Assembly (NCBI GenBank): GCA_973895155.1
Contig: OZ316891.1
Coordinates: 3,485,801 to 3,549,800 of the forward strand
DNA: 64,000 nt
Source of the DNA: Marsupella aquatica
Taxonomy: Eukaryota > Plantae > Marchantiophyta
Reading direction: 5' to 3'
Position 1 is the first letter of the stretch. Each line of letters starts with the position of its first letter. Under the pieces are notes generated by a model. It saw only the letters and a program-made list of their open reading frames with translations. It made no database searches and had not been told where the DNA came from. Position numbers and translations under genes: made by a program. Shown in pieces: positions 1 through 14,649 of this stretch.

Positions 1-1352
1 GAGGGCTCATCGTCCGACCGGCCCCTCCTCCCTTCCAATAGGCCGAGATTTTCACGCTCATAGTGTACTAGCCACTCGCGGGTCCGGTTCAGAGCGTGTC
101 AGCAGCCACCTCCAAGAATTTGTTATACGGACCCAAGTGTCCCCTTACACGCTCGTAACCTGGGAGTATGAATGACGCTCCGCCACCATCCCGAACGTAA
201 ATGCCTCTTATTAACTAATGATTCCCTAGTCATAAGTACTACCTACTTAGTGTCGTTATGCTAATAACTACGACCTACGGTGCCCCTAAAGGGGCGCGCT
301 AAGCACGACTAGGCCGAATCAATCATTAACCGCCGTGCTGGTAGCGTCACATAATCTAAAGTATAAGTCTTTGGGTTGGATGAACCTTACAGCTCCAGAC
401 CACTCAAAGAACAACAACATAAACCTAATTTGGACCGGTATGTCATACCATATCCACTCACAATCGTCTGGGCGAATGGCCCTCTTGTTGATCATCCCTG
501 TTGCAGCTAAAATAATACAAAGATTTTCTAAACCCATAGCTTCATTAATTTCAATAGCATTCTGGGATACTACTTCTATTCCGTGAATACACTTTAGAAA
601 TTCACGCTCACCTTCTTAAGTTGTTCCAACTTCTTCTTGTGCACCGGATCAGCTAGTGCGCATGCCTCCTTCAATAATTTAGCAACCATGGCCGCCTCAT
701 CTCTCAAGCTCTGTACTTCCAGATCCCAGGCGGTCAAGTGCAAGCTAGAGGGGTACTGAAAGGATCTCCATTTTCTCCACCAAAAGGACATAGGTCCTTG
801 GTAAAAGCAATCACTAGAGGACAAAAAGACCAAAATGTTACATGGAATGGCCAAGATTGTTTTGGTGAGATTGAAAGGTAAGATCTTGCATGCCAAATCT
901 TTGGAAGTGTGTCCACATATTTCGGAATTTAAGAAGAGTGCCCAATCTTTTTGGAAGTGTGCACAATCTTTTTGGAAGTGTGCCCAACCTTTTTGGGAGT
1001 GTGCTCAGCTAAATCTTAATGACATTTATACTCCTTTCACTCTCCTTTTTGAGCTAGTCCTTGGGGACTCCTTTGGTACCCCTCTAGCTTGCTTTTGACC
1101 TCTAGCATTTGAGACTTTGAAGCTTTCCTTATATGTCCTTCAAAGATCGATAAAAGGACTTGTCACGCAACGAGTCACATCATTTCAGGACTCGAAAGGA
1201 CTCTAAAACTTGCATTTTAGACAATGAAATTTTACCAAGGCATGCATACTAATAGAATAATCTTATATTTGAAAACTCAAATATTGACACACACTAAACC
1301 TTTATGTATAGGACAAAAATAATCAGTAATTTTGGCTTATTTAGGGCCATCA
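1..1352 (-). mobile_element. Probable LTR fragment running off the window edge
   Basis: Sequence character changes after ...gggccatCA at 1352 (TGATGG start on minus). A 21-bp tandem repeat (tttttggaagtgtgcccaa-like, about 5 copies, 899-1005) resembles U3 repeats. No TSD can be tested. Confidence 0.35.
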
Positions 1353-3654
1353 ATAATAGGATCCCTTAAAAAAGATAAAAACTTGATTTATCTACATGGT
1401 GAGGTAGGTTACACCATGTAAAATAGTCTTGTGAAAAAATTAGACTTAAATGTCTTGAGATAAAATCATGATGAAGCTTTTTCCATGTTACAAAAGTCAT
1501 TTTTCACTAAAAAAACATGTTTTTGAGTCCTGAAAGTGGTTCCTGTGAGGTACACCCAATTGTGAATGAGGCCATTTCAGCTTCTAACATCTTTGAAACT
1601 TCCTTTGTTGAGTCCGTTGTTGAAGACCCTAGCATCTGTGGTCCAAGGACCTTGTCTGCATTCACTTGATACATAGTTTCAATCATTCTAGTGCATTGTA
1701 AACAACAGAATAGATTCAATCATTTAATGTTTTTGACTGATGACTATAATGTCCTATAAAACTAGGCCGGAATGATAGATAGTTCTCTATCATTTTATTG
1801 TTAAAAAGTTAGACTCCTATTTAAGTAATTTCCCCAATCACATTAATTGACTTGGTTTTGCAGTGTCTAGTGGGCTTGCACAATAGTGTTAATTATGCAC
1901 TCTTGTGTACATAGCATTGTGTGTGTATTATGAATGTTGTTTTATGTCTTGAATGGTGTATATCAATGTGAGTTGTGTATGGATGTGTGTACTCATGAAA
2001 GTACTTTTGACTTCCTCAGCTGTATACAAGGACTTGAATTACCATCAATATAAAAGAAGCAAGTTGAAATGTGTCAATTTACTCAATCCAAGAGCAGAGT
2101 CAATTAGGTTGAAGCTAGTAACAATGAATATGCAAATTTTGAGAGGATGGATGTTAGTATATATATTATAAATCATATGAAAAGCATGCATGAGTACTTA
2201 AAACTGCTTGCATTGTCAAGTTTCTTATGTGTAAAGCACATATATAGAGATTAGTCACAAGTTGTATGTATAAAAACTTAGTGTAAAACTGTAAAATTAA
2301 CACATGAGAACAAACTAATAAAATTTGAAAAACTAGATTTAAAAATAATTCAATGAAAAACCCTTGTACCCTTTATTATAAGTATTTTGACAAAATTTTA
2401 AATATCTTACTGAATACAAAAAACAATGTTTTCACTAGAATTGGAGTTCTAAATCATGTCTTTTGAATAATTGGTTATAATTAGGAGCCCAACAAGATTA
2501 ATTTATTTGTTCGCACCCCGTTCCAATAATCCAACGAGTGATTCAGGTAATTTGGTATCAATTGGTATCATGGACATAATTCTTACTAGGTATCCACTGA
2601 CCAGGTAGGGCTTGTTACCAGATACTTTTAATTTGAGCTCAATGTTGACAGTCCTTGGATCACTTGTAAAACACGTTTCCTGAACTTCCTCTAAAGAAAG
2701 CAAGTCTCATAAGTTTCGTCCAGTCTCATTGAATCAACTACGCTCCAGACAGTCGAAGGAACCTGGGCACTAGTCTCCTTACCCTGCCATAAAAATTCCA
2801 TAAAAATTCATGACATGCTTTACCTTTTGCTCTGAAATGGCAATTGATCAAGCAACGGGTGCCCTCCCGTTCTGGTCCTCGAATGTTTGTGCATTCTTTC
2901 TACTGTCCTTGCCCAGTCAGATCTAACAAAACCATTTCCTGTTCCTCATCCAAGATTTATCTTTGGTCATTGCCTTTATTTTTGTGCTCTGTGTAGACTT
3001 TTCGATCTGTTTGTGAGAACAAACACATAAGTTGTACCACTGGATGTAATTAACTGGCAACCTTTCCTTGTCACTAGGAAGATGTGGGAGTGGAGGAAGG
3101 TCGTAGAATTGTTCTCCCTCATGGAATAGAGAGAAATTGCATTCCTGTATGTACAACCACCGTGTAGTACATCGTTACAGCTATGAGGGTGAATGTCACA
3201 GTGAATTTCTACAAAGACTGCAAGCCGTGGTCTAGACTAATGGATCACTCTCTCTCTACAGTAGAAGATATATACTAAGAGTCTGCGGTATAGGAGATCA
3301 GCCATCCATGTGGCCCAGGCACGTGGCTCCAATCAGTTACCTTTGAATAGAGCAAAATATGATAGGTCAAGTGCATGTAGGGCTGGATATTCAGAGGCCT
3401 GATGCAATCCTAGCTAAATTCCTTATAGAGTCTCTAAATCAATCCCAACCCTGGAATTTGAGGTAGGGACTTACCATTTAACATTTTGTGACAGTGTACA
3501 TGTGGACAATACATATGGTTCTAGCAGTGCAAAAGGCTGTTATGCTCTGACCTTTCAGTTCATTCTCTGCTTACTCTTCAATCCCCCTTTTTTCTCTGCT
3601 CCCTACTACATAGTTAAGTTACATACACTCAGGTTATCAATTTAGCTAGAAGGG

Positions 3655-4737
3655 AGTGACGGGCCAAGTTGGACCTAATATGCGAAACCTTAGTCACTAT
3701 TACTCCGTACTTAAGGCCCCGAAGTAAGGGAGTGCCAGGCTAAACCAACCAAGCCACCTAGGTACGCAAACACACGCTAAGGCCATGAATGTACGTGTCA
3801 TCAGCATATCAGAGAGGGAGGCCAAACTGGACCCACCAGCCAGCCTTAGCCACAAAAGCGGAGGGTGGGTCATGCTGGACCAACCAGGCCAGCTATGCAT
3901 AAAAGCACAAAAAGACTGGGCCTAGTTAGAATGCATCGAGAGAGGAGGGTTGGCACGGATCGATGGATGGATGGAGGGGCCAAGCTAGGCCCACCAAGCA
4001 GCCCAAGGTACTGGAAGAGGTGGGGAGGGGGTGGAAGCGGAAGACCCAGCCTGGCCCAACCAAGAAACCTAAGCGCAGCGGGGGGAGCGGAGACCAAGCC
4101 TGCCCCAACCAAGAAACCTAAGCGCACAAGTATATATTCTGACACAAAGCCATTCGGTAGGGCAGAGAGCAAGAAGAGAGCGAGGAAGAGGTCTAAACTA
4201 CGGACAGGCTAGCCCAGTTGAAGAGGAACAGGTGCAGGACTCTTACTTAGTCCACAGCGCTTTCCAGAGGTAAGGTTACTCGATTCTCTCGATCCTTCTT
4301 GTCCAATTATTTGTGTCAAGTGTCGCATGTTTGAAGCTAGCTAAGAGCACCAAGATAGGAGAATTCCCAATCCAAATCCAAGTAGTGACCTCGATAGTCT
4401 ACTGCAGGCCGTGACCTGCAAAACCAATTGGAGATTTCGAGATGCAGTGAAGTACTGCAAAGTGTTGAGTCCGTGGAGATGTTTTTTGTATTGCTTTCCA
4501 GGTTCCCGATCGTGAATTCACTTTTGCCAAACTTTTCCTGTATTGGGTTGTATTAGTATATGCACAGAAAGAGACACAAAAATGTTGGTCCACAGGTAGC
4601 TAGGGTTCTTTAATTTGTTGATCTCTCCTGCTGTTAGTATTAGCATTTGAATTTGTTCCGGGGTCTATATTAAGTCTTTTAAAACCAGCTTAGAGCAGTT
4701 GAACAGGAGCATCTCACCCAGTGAGCTAGATTTCACA
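3655..4737 (+). mobile_element. Probable 3' LTR preceded by a polypurine tract
   Basis: agaagggag purine run just upstream, GC-rich body with short duplications (cccaaccaagaaacctaagcgca x2), TATA-like gtatatatt at ~4130, ends ...ttcaCA. No TSD found. Confidence 0.35.
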
Positions 4738-7700
4738 ATCAGGTGGTCAAATAGAGCTTAAAAATAAAAATAAAGTCTTTTGCTTTGCTGTCATATGGCC
4801 GTATGGCACCCCCTCCTCGACAGGTTCTTCAATGTAGTCCTGGTGTCCTCCGCCATCATAAACTTGGATTTTTAGTGGGAAGCCTCGAAAAAGACATAGG
4901 GTGACTACTGCACAAAATTTGTGACTCAAAGATCTAGTGATGTAGTGCAAAGTGCAAAGTGCAGTCCTCATGTGGACGTCCTCTCAAGTGCCAATTTGAA
5001 GTTGAATGATGCAATGGTATGGTTTCTGTTGATAGTTTTTCTGACTGTGAGCTAACTTTTGCAGAACTTGCCCTTTATTAAGTTCTTTGACACACAGAAA
5101 GAGACAAGTACACAGTACTTGGGAGGGGAGAGGTAACGTTCTTCCATTAATTCTTCCTTTTGTCTTGCTTAGCAATTACTTGCTTAATTAGGCATCTAAT
5201 ATTGCATATTTTGAAGCTAGCTTAGAGCCGTGTTCCGTCAGCCTTTAGACTGGCCCTTACCCTTCTCCTATCGTGCCCTGCAAGTGTGTTTGAGGGCTCG
5301 ACCTCATACCATTCCATGGCCCCCTACCCCTCATTAAGAACACTTTCCTAGGTAGCGGCACCTAAGGTGCACCGGACGGGCTCCACCAACGGCACTTTTT
5401 TTGTAGATGGTCATGACGTACTAACTATGGGTCCATATTTTTTTAGGTTCTCCAGTCTTTGTGGGTCTCTACCTGGTCGTCTAGTGCTAGTTCCTTTAGG
5501 GCTTACAGTTCTCGTGCTGGTGCTGGTGCGTGTGCTTCAACGTTCCCCTAGTGCTGATCGACTGCAGCTTCTAGTGGCAGATCGAAACTAGTGGTGGTTG
5601 CATTTAGATGATCGAGAATTGGTGGCCTCATGAGAGTTGATCTTATTGACATGCCAGGTTTAACTTCCTAAGGACCACCCAATGTTGTTCCGCAGTCCCT
5701 TTTGCCTTGAGATCGATGGATTGCAAACATTTCATCCCTGGTTTGCGCGCGATCAATCTTTGCTTGCAAACACGTTATATAGGGTAGGTTCCCTCCATAG
5801 TCTGGTCAAGCTTACCCTCAATGCATAAATGACTAGAGCGCTGTAGACTGTCCCATTTCAGAACTGCTGCTTTGCTTCTTTGCCTGATATCTACATGGCT
5901 TGAGAGTTTTTTAGGTTAAGGGTACGTGTAGCTAGGAACTTTCACAAAACCTAGTAATGTACATACTTGATTAACCCGAATGATCGATTGTAGCAAGTAT
6001 ATCGTTGATTCCTTGCCTAGGCTTGGTTTGCGAATTAAGCTTAGAGCTTTATAAGACTGCTTTCTTTCAATTCTCCCAAATTAGGTGACAATTGGTGCCA
6101 TGAGGTGAAGGAGGTAGATGAGTTTGCCACTGTGGAAGCAATCTATGCAAACGGTCAAGTACCAATTTCTGCTGGGCGGGAGATCATAAGTTAATTGGTA
6201 AGCTCGCTGTAACGTATCTGCAATACCGCTTTCCTGGTCTCCTGAGAGCCCCAAAAGCAGAGTGGAAGGCTTGGCTGGTCTTGCAGCCTGTAAGTGAACT
6301 AGAGGATAACCCGGCTGCATCTGGTCAGAATTGAGTCAGAATTAAAATACCACTATGTACTTCGCTTTTGTATGGCCCCTAGAGGACCCCTCCAAAGGTT
6401 CTTCGATCAATCCAGTAGTAATACCAAATGGAATAGAGAGTGCTTCCACCGCTACGACTGCACATCAACGGTGATGTGAGGAACAAGAACAGTGTAGTCC
6501 CCCATGTAGATGCTCTTAATTGCCAATTTGAAGTTCATGCATTGATGTGCCTTTCTGTTCTAGGGTTTGTGATTGTGCATTTTCATCAGTATTCCAACTG
6601 GACTAGATGTTTGGGCATACATTTAGGGGGTGTTGTACAAAATGTAATTCGAGCTGGGCGCGTAAGTTAGAAGGTGCGTAGAAGGTAGAGTCTGGATCTT
6701 CTTGGGATGAAATTAGTAATAGGATTGTTTCGAGTAATTAAACTGCATCGATCATAAAACCGAAATTAGATACGTATCGAGAAGCTTGGTAACCTGATTA
6801 GGTCTCGATCTCTGTGGTTTCCTAAAGTAGAAAAGACCTCAAGTGGAGGAGACCTCTGGGTATATATTTATGGGGCCGGGGTCTTGATTTTTAGAATGTA
6901 TCTCAAGTGAGACATATAGGCTAAAAGAGAAACCCGGGATCTATATTGAGGAAATAATAGGATTTTTCCAGCCACCCCTATCTTACCAGAAAATTTGATC
7001 CTACACTCGGAGAACTAGAGCATATCAGGAACCTTGATAAATATGCTGAAATTATAGGGCATTTCTCAGAAAATGTTTACTTGTATCATCTATCAGACTC
7101 GACCTACTAAGAGGAGTACTTAGTAATCCAAAGAACGTTAGCCAGGCTGAGATATATATCTGGAAAACTGCAAAAATTCCCGGCCAACACAAGTGGAAGA
7201 GGGGCTCGGGTCTTGAAGAAAATCTTCAATCACGATGGAGGATGACTTCAGCAATTATTTGTATAAGCTAGCAAAGATTGGCACGCGGCTTGCAGATATT
7301 ATTTACATTGCCATCCTTACTCGTAATTTAGCCGGCCCATTTCCAATAGTGGGGAAGACATCAAAGGCCCTGGCCGTGAGCTGAGCCTGGCAGTCAGGTA
7401 CTGTGATCAACATTCCTTTGGGGTTTACTCGCGATCAACAGAGCCTGGTTTTCTCAGTTTGGTATGCATTGGTATTTTTTGCATGTTCAGGGATCTGATA
7501 TCCCTTATCTTTGAGCCACCCTAATTACTAATTATTTGAATTGAAGTGCTGGATTTAGTTTCCTTGAATTTAACGATATCATACATCAAATCTCATATAC
7601 TTTTTGTCATGGAAATCACAGAACTAGCTAGGTCAAAATTAAATTTAAAGACGCCTACATCCACATGATTTCAATTGCATCAGGGCAGACCAAATAGAGC

Positions 7701-8075
7701 ACTGCTCTAGCTTCTCTCTGTAGAATATTTTCTAATGGATCCTTGTTTAATCAAAATTCAATTGGTCCAGATCGACTTTAGATGTCCGAGTCTACCCCTT
7801 ATGTTTTAAGAAGCTTATATATATTATATATTAATGCTACATACTGAGAAGATCAGCGATGTGCTATGAGGGATAGATCGAGCTGAAATAACTTTGATCG
7901 AGATAATTTAACATTAGAAGAGAATACGTTATAGAATTGAAGGCAGGTTGAATCGATCATCTATTGAGACAAAAGTCGAAGTAACAACGTACGTAACTTC
8001 ACATGCAGGCAAGCTAACCTGGTCTACTTCTTTATAGGTGCGCGCGCTGCCAAGGAAGCTTCAGACAGGGACAAT

Positions 8076-11000
8076 ATGGATTCCATAAGGAGAGGTTTAG
8101 ATTTATCGTCAGCATCTACGAGGAATGCCGACAGTACAAGGTTGGGCAGAAATGCTGACATAGCTGGAAACCCCCAGAAGCAGACCCCTGAAGAGGAAGC
8201 CATGATGGCTAATGCTGACTTCACCAATTTGTATGTGCTGATAAAGACAGCCACCGACCTAGTTGAGAATAGGGCACCGAAAAGAAAGAGTGGAAAGAAG
8301 GTCAACAGAAATCCTTCTCCAGCACAATCTCAAAACGTTGTGATAAATGGGACTTGGGGCGATTTCCAAACATATACTACTCGTTCAGGACAGCAGTACA
8401 TTGGAATCAAACAAGGAGAACAGGCCACCCGAAATGATGAAGAGTCCAGTGAAGGACCAAGGCAACTGCAAGAGAGTCCCCCAAGAAACCTGAAGGTTAC
8501 GACTACTGCTTCAGGAAAATCCCAGGTGAGTCTCCCCAAAAAACTGAAGGTGAAGACTATTGCAGCAGTGCAACCCCAGGAGAGTCCCCCAGAAACATCT
8601 AATGTCAAGACTACTGGAGCAGTGCACAAGAGTCGACCAAAACACTTGAAGGTTCAGACGACTGGAGCAAATTCTATGGTCGAATATGAAAGGGTTGCAG
8701 CCGATTCTGTAGAGAACCCCGAAAACACTGGAGCTGATTTATTGGAGATAACCAGGCGTGCTTGTGTCCCTGATCCAACTAAGCTTGGCCTGCATGGTAT
8801 CGCCGTCTTCAACGAAAGCACCGGCAGTTGGACTGCCTATATATGGTATGAAAATGCCAAGAAATTACCAGTAGATTTTATTCGTTTTGAAACCTGAGCG
8901 TAGTGTGGATTCTGAATCTCACCTGTTGTCCATGGCCGGATCATAAGCCGGTTCCTGACTCTTTTCTTAAGCAGCATTTTCAAAAGTTTCTCGATATGGT
9001 TAGTTGGCTATGACTAATTCTACTAATCTGCTTTCATAAACTCCTCCCATATTATTGACCCCTTTAAAGAGCAAGGTTGTTCAAATCTATATATGACTTG
9101 CTAGCATGTAGAGGAAATACTCGTCTTGTTGACCGAGTAATTATTTGAAGTTGGTAAGGTCTTATCACAAATACTCAAATGTACGTTATACTAAATCAGT
9201 GTAATGTTACTCGATCATTCTGCAGGGATGGACAACGATTTTACATAGGTGAGTTGTCAATCTGAATAATCTTCCTTAATTCTGACATACAATTGGAAGC
9301 GATCGACCTGGTGATGACCGTATAGATATATGTAGACAGACTAGTCAGCATTTGCATTAGCTGTAGTTTTCAGCAGACACGTAGTTAGCTGTGGTTGTTT
9401 CTCTCTTTCTGTTCCACTAGCTTGGTTGCCAGCAGGGCCAGCGCCCCGGACCGCGCTCCACCCCACTTTGGCTGTGCGCCCCTGTCTGCCGCCCGCGGAT
9501 GATTGTTCCTTCATGTTATATGTCCTGCCCTTGCAGTGATTGTATTATCATCACGCATACCGTGAGAAGCAGATCTGAGCACTCCGTTCATATATTCCAT
9601 CTCTTGTATATTCTCTAGTGTACATGCATATGCAAGTCGTTTTGTGCTTTAGATTCACAGGTTATGGGCCATTTTTATTACCTTCAGAAACCAGCATGTA
9701 TCCACGTGCACCATCCAATTCATTTCCTGTAGTACGTACTTGATAATATGCTTTAATTTACTTTCCAATAAGTACAACGTACTTCAAGATTTAGGTCAAA
9801 CTGTTGGGGATCGCCCTACGACACTTCTAACGGCTTTCTCGTTACATATTACAGATGATTCTGTGAAGACACCCAAACACACTGGATCTCGTTCTGAAAA
9901 TGCACCCAAATATAAGGGAGCTGATTTGTTGGAGATACGCGACGGTGTTTGCCTTCCCGATCCAACGATGCTTTCTCTTCATGGTATCAGCTTCTACAAA
10001 CGTATTGGTCGTTGGACTAGCCACATATGGTATGAAATTTCCTGCCAATTACCTACTTGAGGCTAAGTTTAGTGCTGCTGACATATACTCTCTTGATATG
10101 TATATATTCTAGATCTTATTTTAGTACCTATGTGCCATAGGATGGTAGTGCATGACTGTTATTTTGAGATCTTTATATATACTTAATTGTGAATAGATCA
10201 AGCAAATTAAGACTTATCACATTGTTGATCATGGGTCCATAATCCGAATTGATACTCAAATTTGATACTAAATCAGTGTAATGTACGTATTCATTCTGCA
10301 GGGATAAAAAACAATTTTATATAGGTTATTACTTACCTTACCTTATAGCCAGCGTGTTTGTTTCTACGTACATCATGCAATTCTCTCTTTCCTTAATGTA
10401 ATTTCTGATAGTAGTATGTCAATAGGAGGCATTTACTTTCCAGTCCGAAAAAGCTTAAAATATACAGGCATCAAGACTGTTCACTATGTCGTGAAGTTCT
10501 GAATCCTTTGTTGTTAATTATATATTACAGGTTCATTTGCATCTGCTACAGAAGCAGCCAAGTACGGTCCAATATTTTCTTCATATTTCCCTTGGTTTTG
10601 TCTGGTTTTTTGTGTGACTGAAATATTTTATGAATTATCTCAAATGTATGTGGACAATTTTGTCCCTCGTGAGTGATCTCCAGTTCAATAATTAAGTATG
10701 GTCTGCAGAGCCTTTGACAAAGTAAGTCTCAAGCATTTGAATGCTGCAGCTGCCCAGCCGAACTACAAAGGCATCTACGATTATAGCGAAGATGTAAAAG
10801 AGGTACTGTCAATATTTGTTTGTAATTAGTGCTCTTAGGAGAAGTGTCTTTTAAGACAATATACTAATTAAGAAATAAGGGTAATGATACTAGCTTACTG
10901 ATATATATTGTTAAAACCTACTAATTGCAGATGGCTCCACTGACCAATGAAAAGTTCAGAAACCTTCTGAATGAACGTTCCAAGCTTTCCAAACATGTTC

Positions 11001-11488
11001 ATGTAGATGAAGGGGTGACCAGATGCCCTGAAGGCAGGTTTGAAGTAAGAATCAAGCTACAGAAAAGGTGACACATCAATAATAACCCATTGTTTAGATC
11101 TATTCTGAAAGATTCGCTTCGCTACATCGTTCATGATGAATGGGCAGAATAACAAATCCAAAGCCCAAGAAGAAACATCTCGAATTCCTAGTTTTGTTAG
11201 GTTGTGTTGCAATTTCTGATAATATACTAAAATCGAATTTTGTGTTTTCAGCTGGAAATTCTTGGGCAGGTTTGACAATCTTGAAGATGCTAAAAGGTTT
11301 CCTTCATTCCGGACGAGTTGATTTGGATTCAAATTGTATACGCGCGCACATCGCATTGTAGAAGCACTTCTAATGAACTAGACATGATCGAGTTTCCTTC
11401 CTTTAAGCATTCAGTACCTCGAGATGTTGTGCTCATTGTTATTCTGATAAAGAACTCAAGAAGGCCCCGAGGAAGGCCAGGAAGTTGA
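8076..11488 (+). CDS. Diverged euAP2-like (two-AP2-domain) transcription factor gene, multi-exon
   Basis: GT-AG exons 8076-8845, 9226-9248, 9855-10029, 10302-10324, 10531-10561 (31 nt), 10709-10802, 10931-11067 and 11252-11296 (45 nt) splice in frame. They give LHGISFYKRIGRWTSHIW-DKKQFYIG-SFASATEAAK-AFDKVSLK...MAPLTNEKFRNLL...EGVTRCPEGRFEVRI...WKFLGRFDNLEDAK, matching APETALA2 R1-linker-R2 and its exon phases. Last exon/stop and true start are uncertain. Confidence 0.8.
8469..8670 (+). repeat. Coding tandem repeat, about 4 degenerate 17-19-aa units, in exon 1 of the AP2-like gene
   Basis: QESPPRNLKVTTTAS / QVSLPKKLKVKTIAA / QESPPETSNVKTTGA / KSRPKHLKVQTTGA. Confidence 0.75.
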
Positions 11489-13539
11489 GCTAATATACTG
11501 GTGCTATTTGGTGCAGATGGTATCAGATGGTATCAAGATGGTATCAGAAACAAACTGAAGCCGGCCTGTGAACGAATTTGAACCTCCACATACGTGCATG
11601 CACCCAGCACTTATAATTATGTGAAAGACTATATAGTCTGTATGAGCGGGATGCTGGTGGCAGTTTGTCTGAAAGATAAATTTTTTGACAGATGCAATGG
11701 ACCAAGGCATATGGGTAGAATTTGCATGAAGATCTTAGCTTTGATTAGGGTTATACAAGATCAGGAATCTACAGACTGAGTCATGGATCCCGTGTCACTC
11801 GGGTAGTACGTACGAAGCAGTTTGCCAATCGCACTATCTGTGAGGAAAACAAGGTGTACTTAGTTATGTCGTATATTATCTTTTGTGGATCCGGCAGTAC
11901 GAATTTTTATTTTTGTCAATTCTTGTGATTTTCCTGTATGACATGCATGTCCAGATCTTAAGTCAGAATTGTCAAAGGGGGCGGCTAGAAAAACAAACCT
12001 TGGAAAACAATTGTCACTTTCTTGCACCATAGGGTACTATGCCTGGGAAGGCATTTGTATACCGGAACTTTAGACACATAACCAGGAGGCCCAAATCGTT
12101 TTTCACAGCTCTCTCCATAGGCATAATATCTGAGTCGATCGATCAAGGCAAGGAGTCAGCCCAGTGCTGAGCTCGGTTGAAATAACAGTAGGGTCAAGGA
12201 AGAGCTAAAGAAGCATCAAAAGGATACCTTGAAACAGAGCCCAACTGTACAGGAAGACACTGCAAATGTGCGGGGTTCACATCCAAAACTTTTCGACATC
12301 ATGTGAAAACAAAATAAGAGACCCATTGTCCATTTTAGGGATTGCAATAAGAGACGTACGACGTACTTGGAAGTAGTGAGGGAATAATTATTGGGGTAAC
12401 AATTTTAAAATTGCCACATGTCTTTGCATCATTGATCATTTGCAATGTGTCAATCCATTATTGTACTTACTGTTGAGTTCCACTTCCTTTGAAAGGAGAG
12501 GGCATTTGCACAGGTAGCACAAAAAAACCATAAAGTGAACCGGGAGAGGCAAATATGCGCAGAGCAACGATTACGGAAAATTATTCTTTCATGCCATTGT
12601 TGTCTTTAGCAGCTACTGCAGGCATGGACCCTCCATTGCAAGCATACATGGCATAATGGAACCTAACTTGAAGAGGCTATGAAGGTCAAGGACCATATGA
12701 ACGGACCATCCAAATTGCAGCTGGTCCGATCACTGAATCGGCCATCAACGCCTCCGCCACTTGTCACACAACCACCTCCAGGACGAAGATCAGTGCCACC
12801 CCTATCGTGTCACCAGAGACAATTCTGGCCGTAATTGGTACTGTAGTCAGTTGTGGTGAATGACGTTGCTTCGAATTCAGACCAAGATGGGATTCAAGAC
12901 ATAAGCCGATTACAACACGAATTCCTGCACGAATTAATTGAATGAGAGGCAGAGTATATATAGAAGAATTTATGGTCGACTTCAATAAGTGTGACTTCAA
13001 TAGGAGTGCTGGACTTTTTGAGTAGTCTTAAATGTAACTTGGTCCCTGCATTCAAAGGATCGAATATATTACGTCCAATTCCTTCCAATTCCATTCAATT
13101 GTTTTTCCAATTCGTTAACAAACAAAACCTCCGAGGCTGTTGACAACAATGAGCCAAATATACTGTCCGTCAATTTTTTCCTTGGTTAGAAAATTTAGCC
13201 ACAGGTCAAGTCGATCGACCTAATCATTGTGATAGGAAGTGACCGGTGGTTCATTTCTTACTGCACTGAAGCTAATTCAATTCAGCTGGAAAATCTTGAA
13301 AATTGTGATCTAAGCTTTTTAGGGTTTAGATCACAAAGCTACTGAATGAATGAACAGTAAGTGGGCCCTTATGAATCAGTGGGCACATACAGAAGTAAGA
13401 ATCTAACCAGACCCTAAAACAGATTAATCCTAAATCTAATGATAATAACAAATGTACATACCCATCTAAGTAACACCGGGACCGGGGCAGAAGAAAGTAT
13501 GACCCAGCCGGAAGCATAATAACGAAGGGATGTCCATCA

Positions 13540-13880
13540 GAGGTACCAAAATGACGCGAAGCAGTGAAGATGGATGTAGCCAGAGTATGCTTGCTTGCTT
13601 GTGCTGTGGGTGATGATCGGGCGATAAGAGTGACCCTCAAAATACTCCATGAGGGAGTAGAGAGAAGCTTCTCCAGTGTATACAACTGCACATATTTGCA
13701 GATGTAGAAGAAGTGAAGATGATTGGTAAGACACGAGTGGAATAGAGGTCAAAAGAAAAGCATGTGACGAAATTGAGGGTGTGGTTTTCCATAACGCCAA
13801 TAACCATATATAGGGACAACATATCAGGTACACCCCGGACGTAGCAAAGAAAAAGAGTGAGGATGCTTTCACAAGGCAAA
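13540..13880 (-). pseudogene. Possible heavily decayed Copia RT/RNase H junction fragment
   Basis: GVPDMLS...MENHT and STSKQAYSGYIHL loosely match the RPDI...MENP and RSTSGYIF motifs; frameshifted. Confidence 0.35.
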
Positions 13881-14510
13881 AACTGTCAGGTTGGGTAGAG
13901 AATCAAATTTATCCTACCATATGTGAGTATTGTACCTACTTTAATGTTGGTGTTCTTAAACCCTACTTACAAAAATGACAATCCTGTATGTTCCTTATGT
14001 AATAAGTGGGGTTTGCCAAATCTCTCATGTTCATCTTGGGGTTTGTACATTCACCTACAAACACTAGAATTGCCCATGATCATCTTTAAGTAGAGCATCA
14101 ATTTGGGCTTCCAAATAGTGTCAAGGTGTTCTAAATGGATAATGATGCATGACATGGATTGCACTCTATCTACAAAATGAAATTACACACAAAAGAAATC
14201 AAAGTCTGAACCCTAGTAAAAAATAATTATCCTCATTAGTTTTTCCGCCCTCGAGTTTTTACTACTTGTTAAATTCCTATCATTTGAAGTAGGGATTATT
14301 CCCTATTATGTAATTTGGGATTGTGTTTAGTTTACAAGCTTTGGGGTTTTTCCCCATTTTAGTGTTAGCATGCTAGGGAAAAGGGTCCCTACGTGGGAGT
14401 TTTACCACCATGGGAGTGTGTCCATTCTGCCTTGTGTTTGAAAAAGAGTGCTTTCAATTAAAGACCCCAAAATAGGGTGGAGTGGTGATTTTAGTGATCC
14501 CTCCACTAGA

Positions 14511-14620
14511 CGGAAATATAAAGCTGTGGTGAAAAAAAATGTCCCTATCTGGATTGTATGATTCTTGGGAGGAACATGAGCCTCAAGTGAATGGATACAG
14601 TGGACAGGTATACAAGTCCT
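14511..14620 (+). pseudogene. RNase H1 N-terminal (hybrid-binding / Cauli_VI-like) domain remnant
   Basis: RKYKAVVKKNVP + frameshift + GLYDSWEEHEPQVNGYSGQVYKS matches the family pattern KYYAV..GR.PGIY.TW.EC..QV.GY.GA.YKSF. Confidence 0.6.
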
Positions 14621-14649
14621 CAAGTCGAGGAGTGAGGCAGAGCACTTGC

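Noticed and set aside
5250-6670. Possible LINE/gag remnant
   Set aside because: No convincing zinc knuckle, endonuclease or RT motif.
12200-13100. Coding-like segment
   Set aside because: Stops in the frames examined and no identifiable family.
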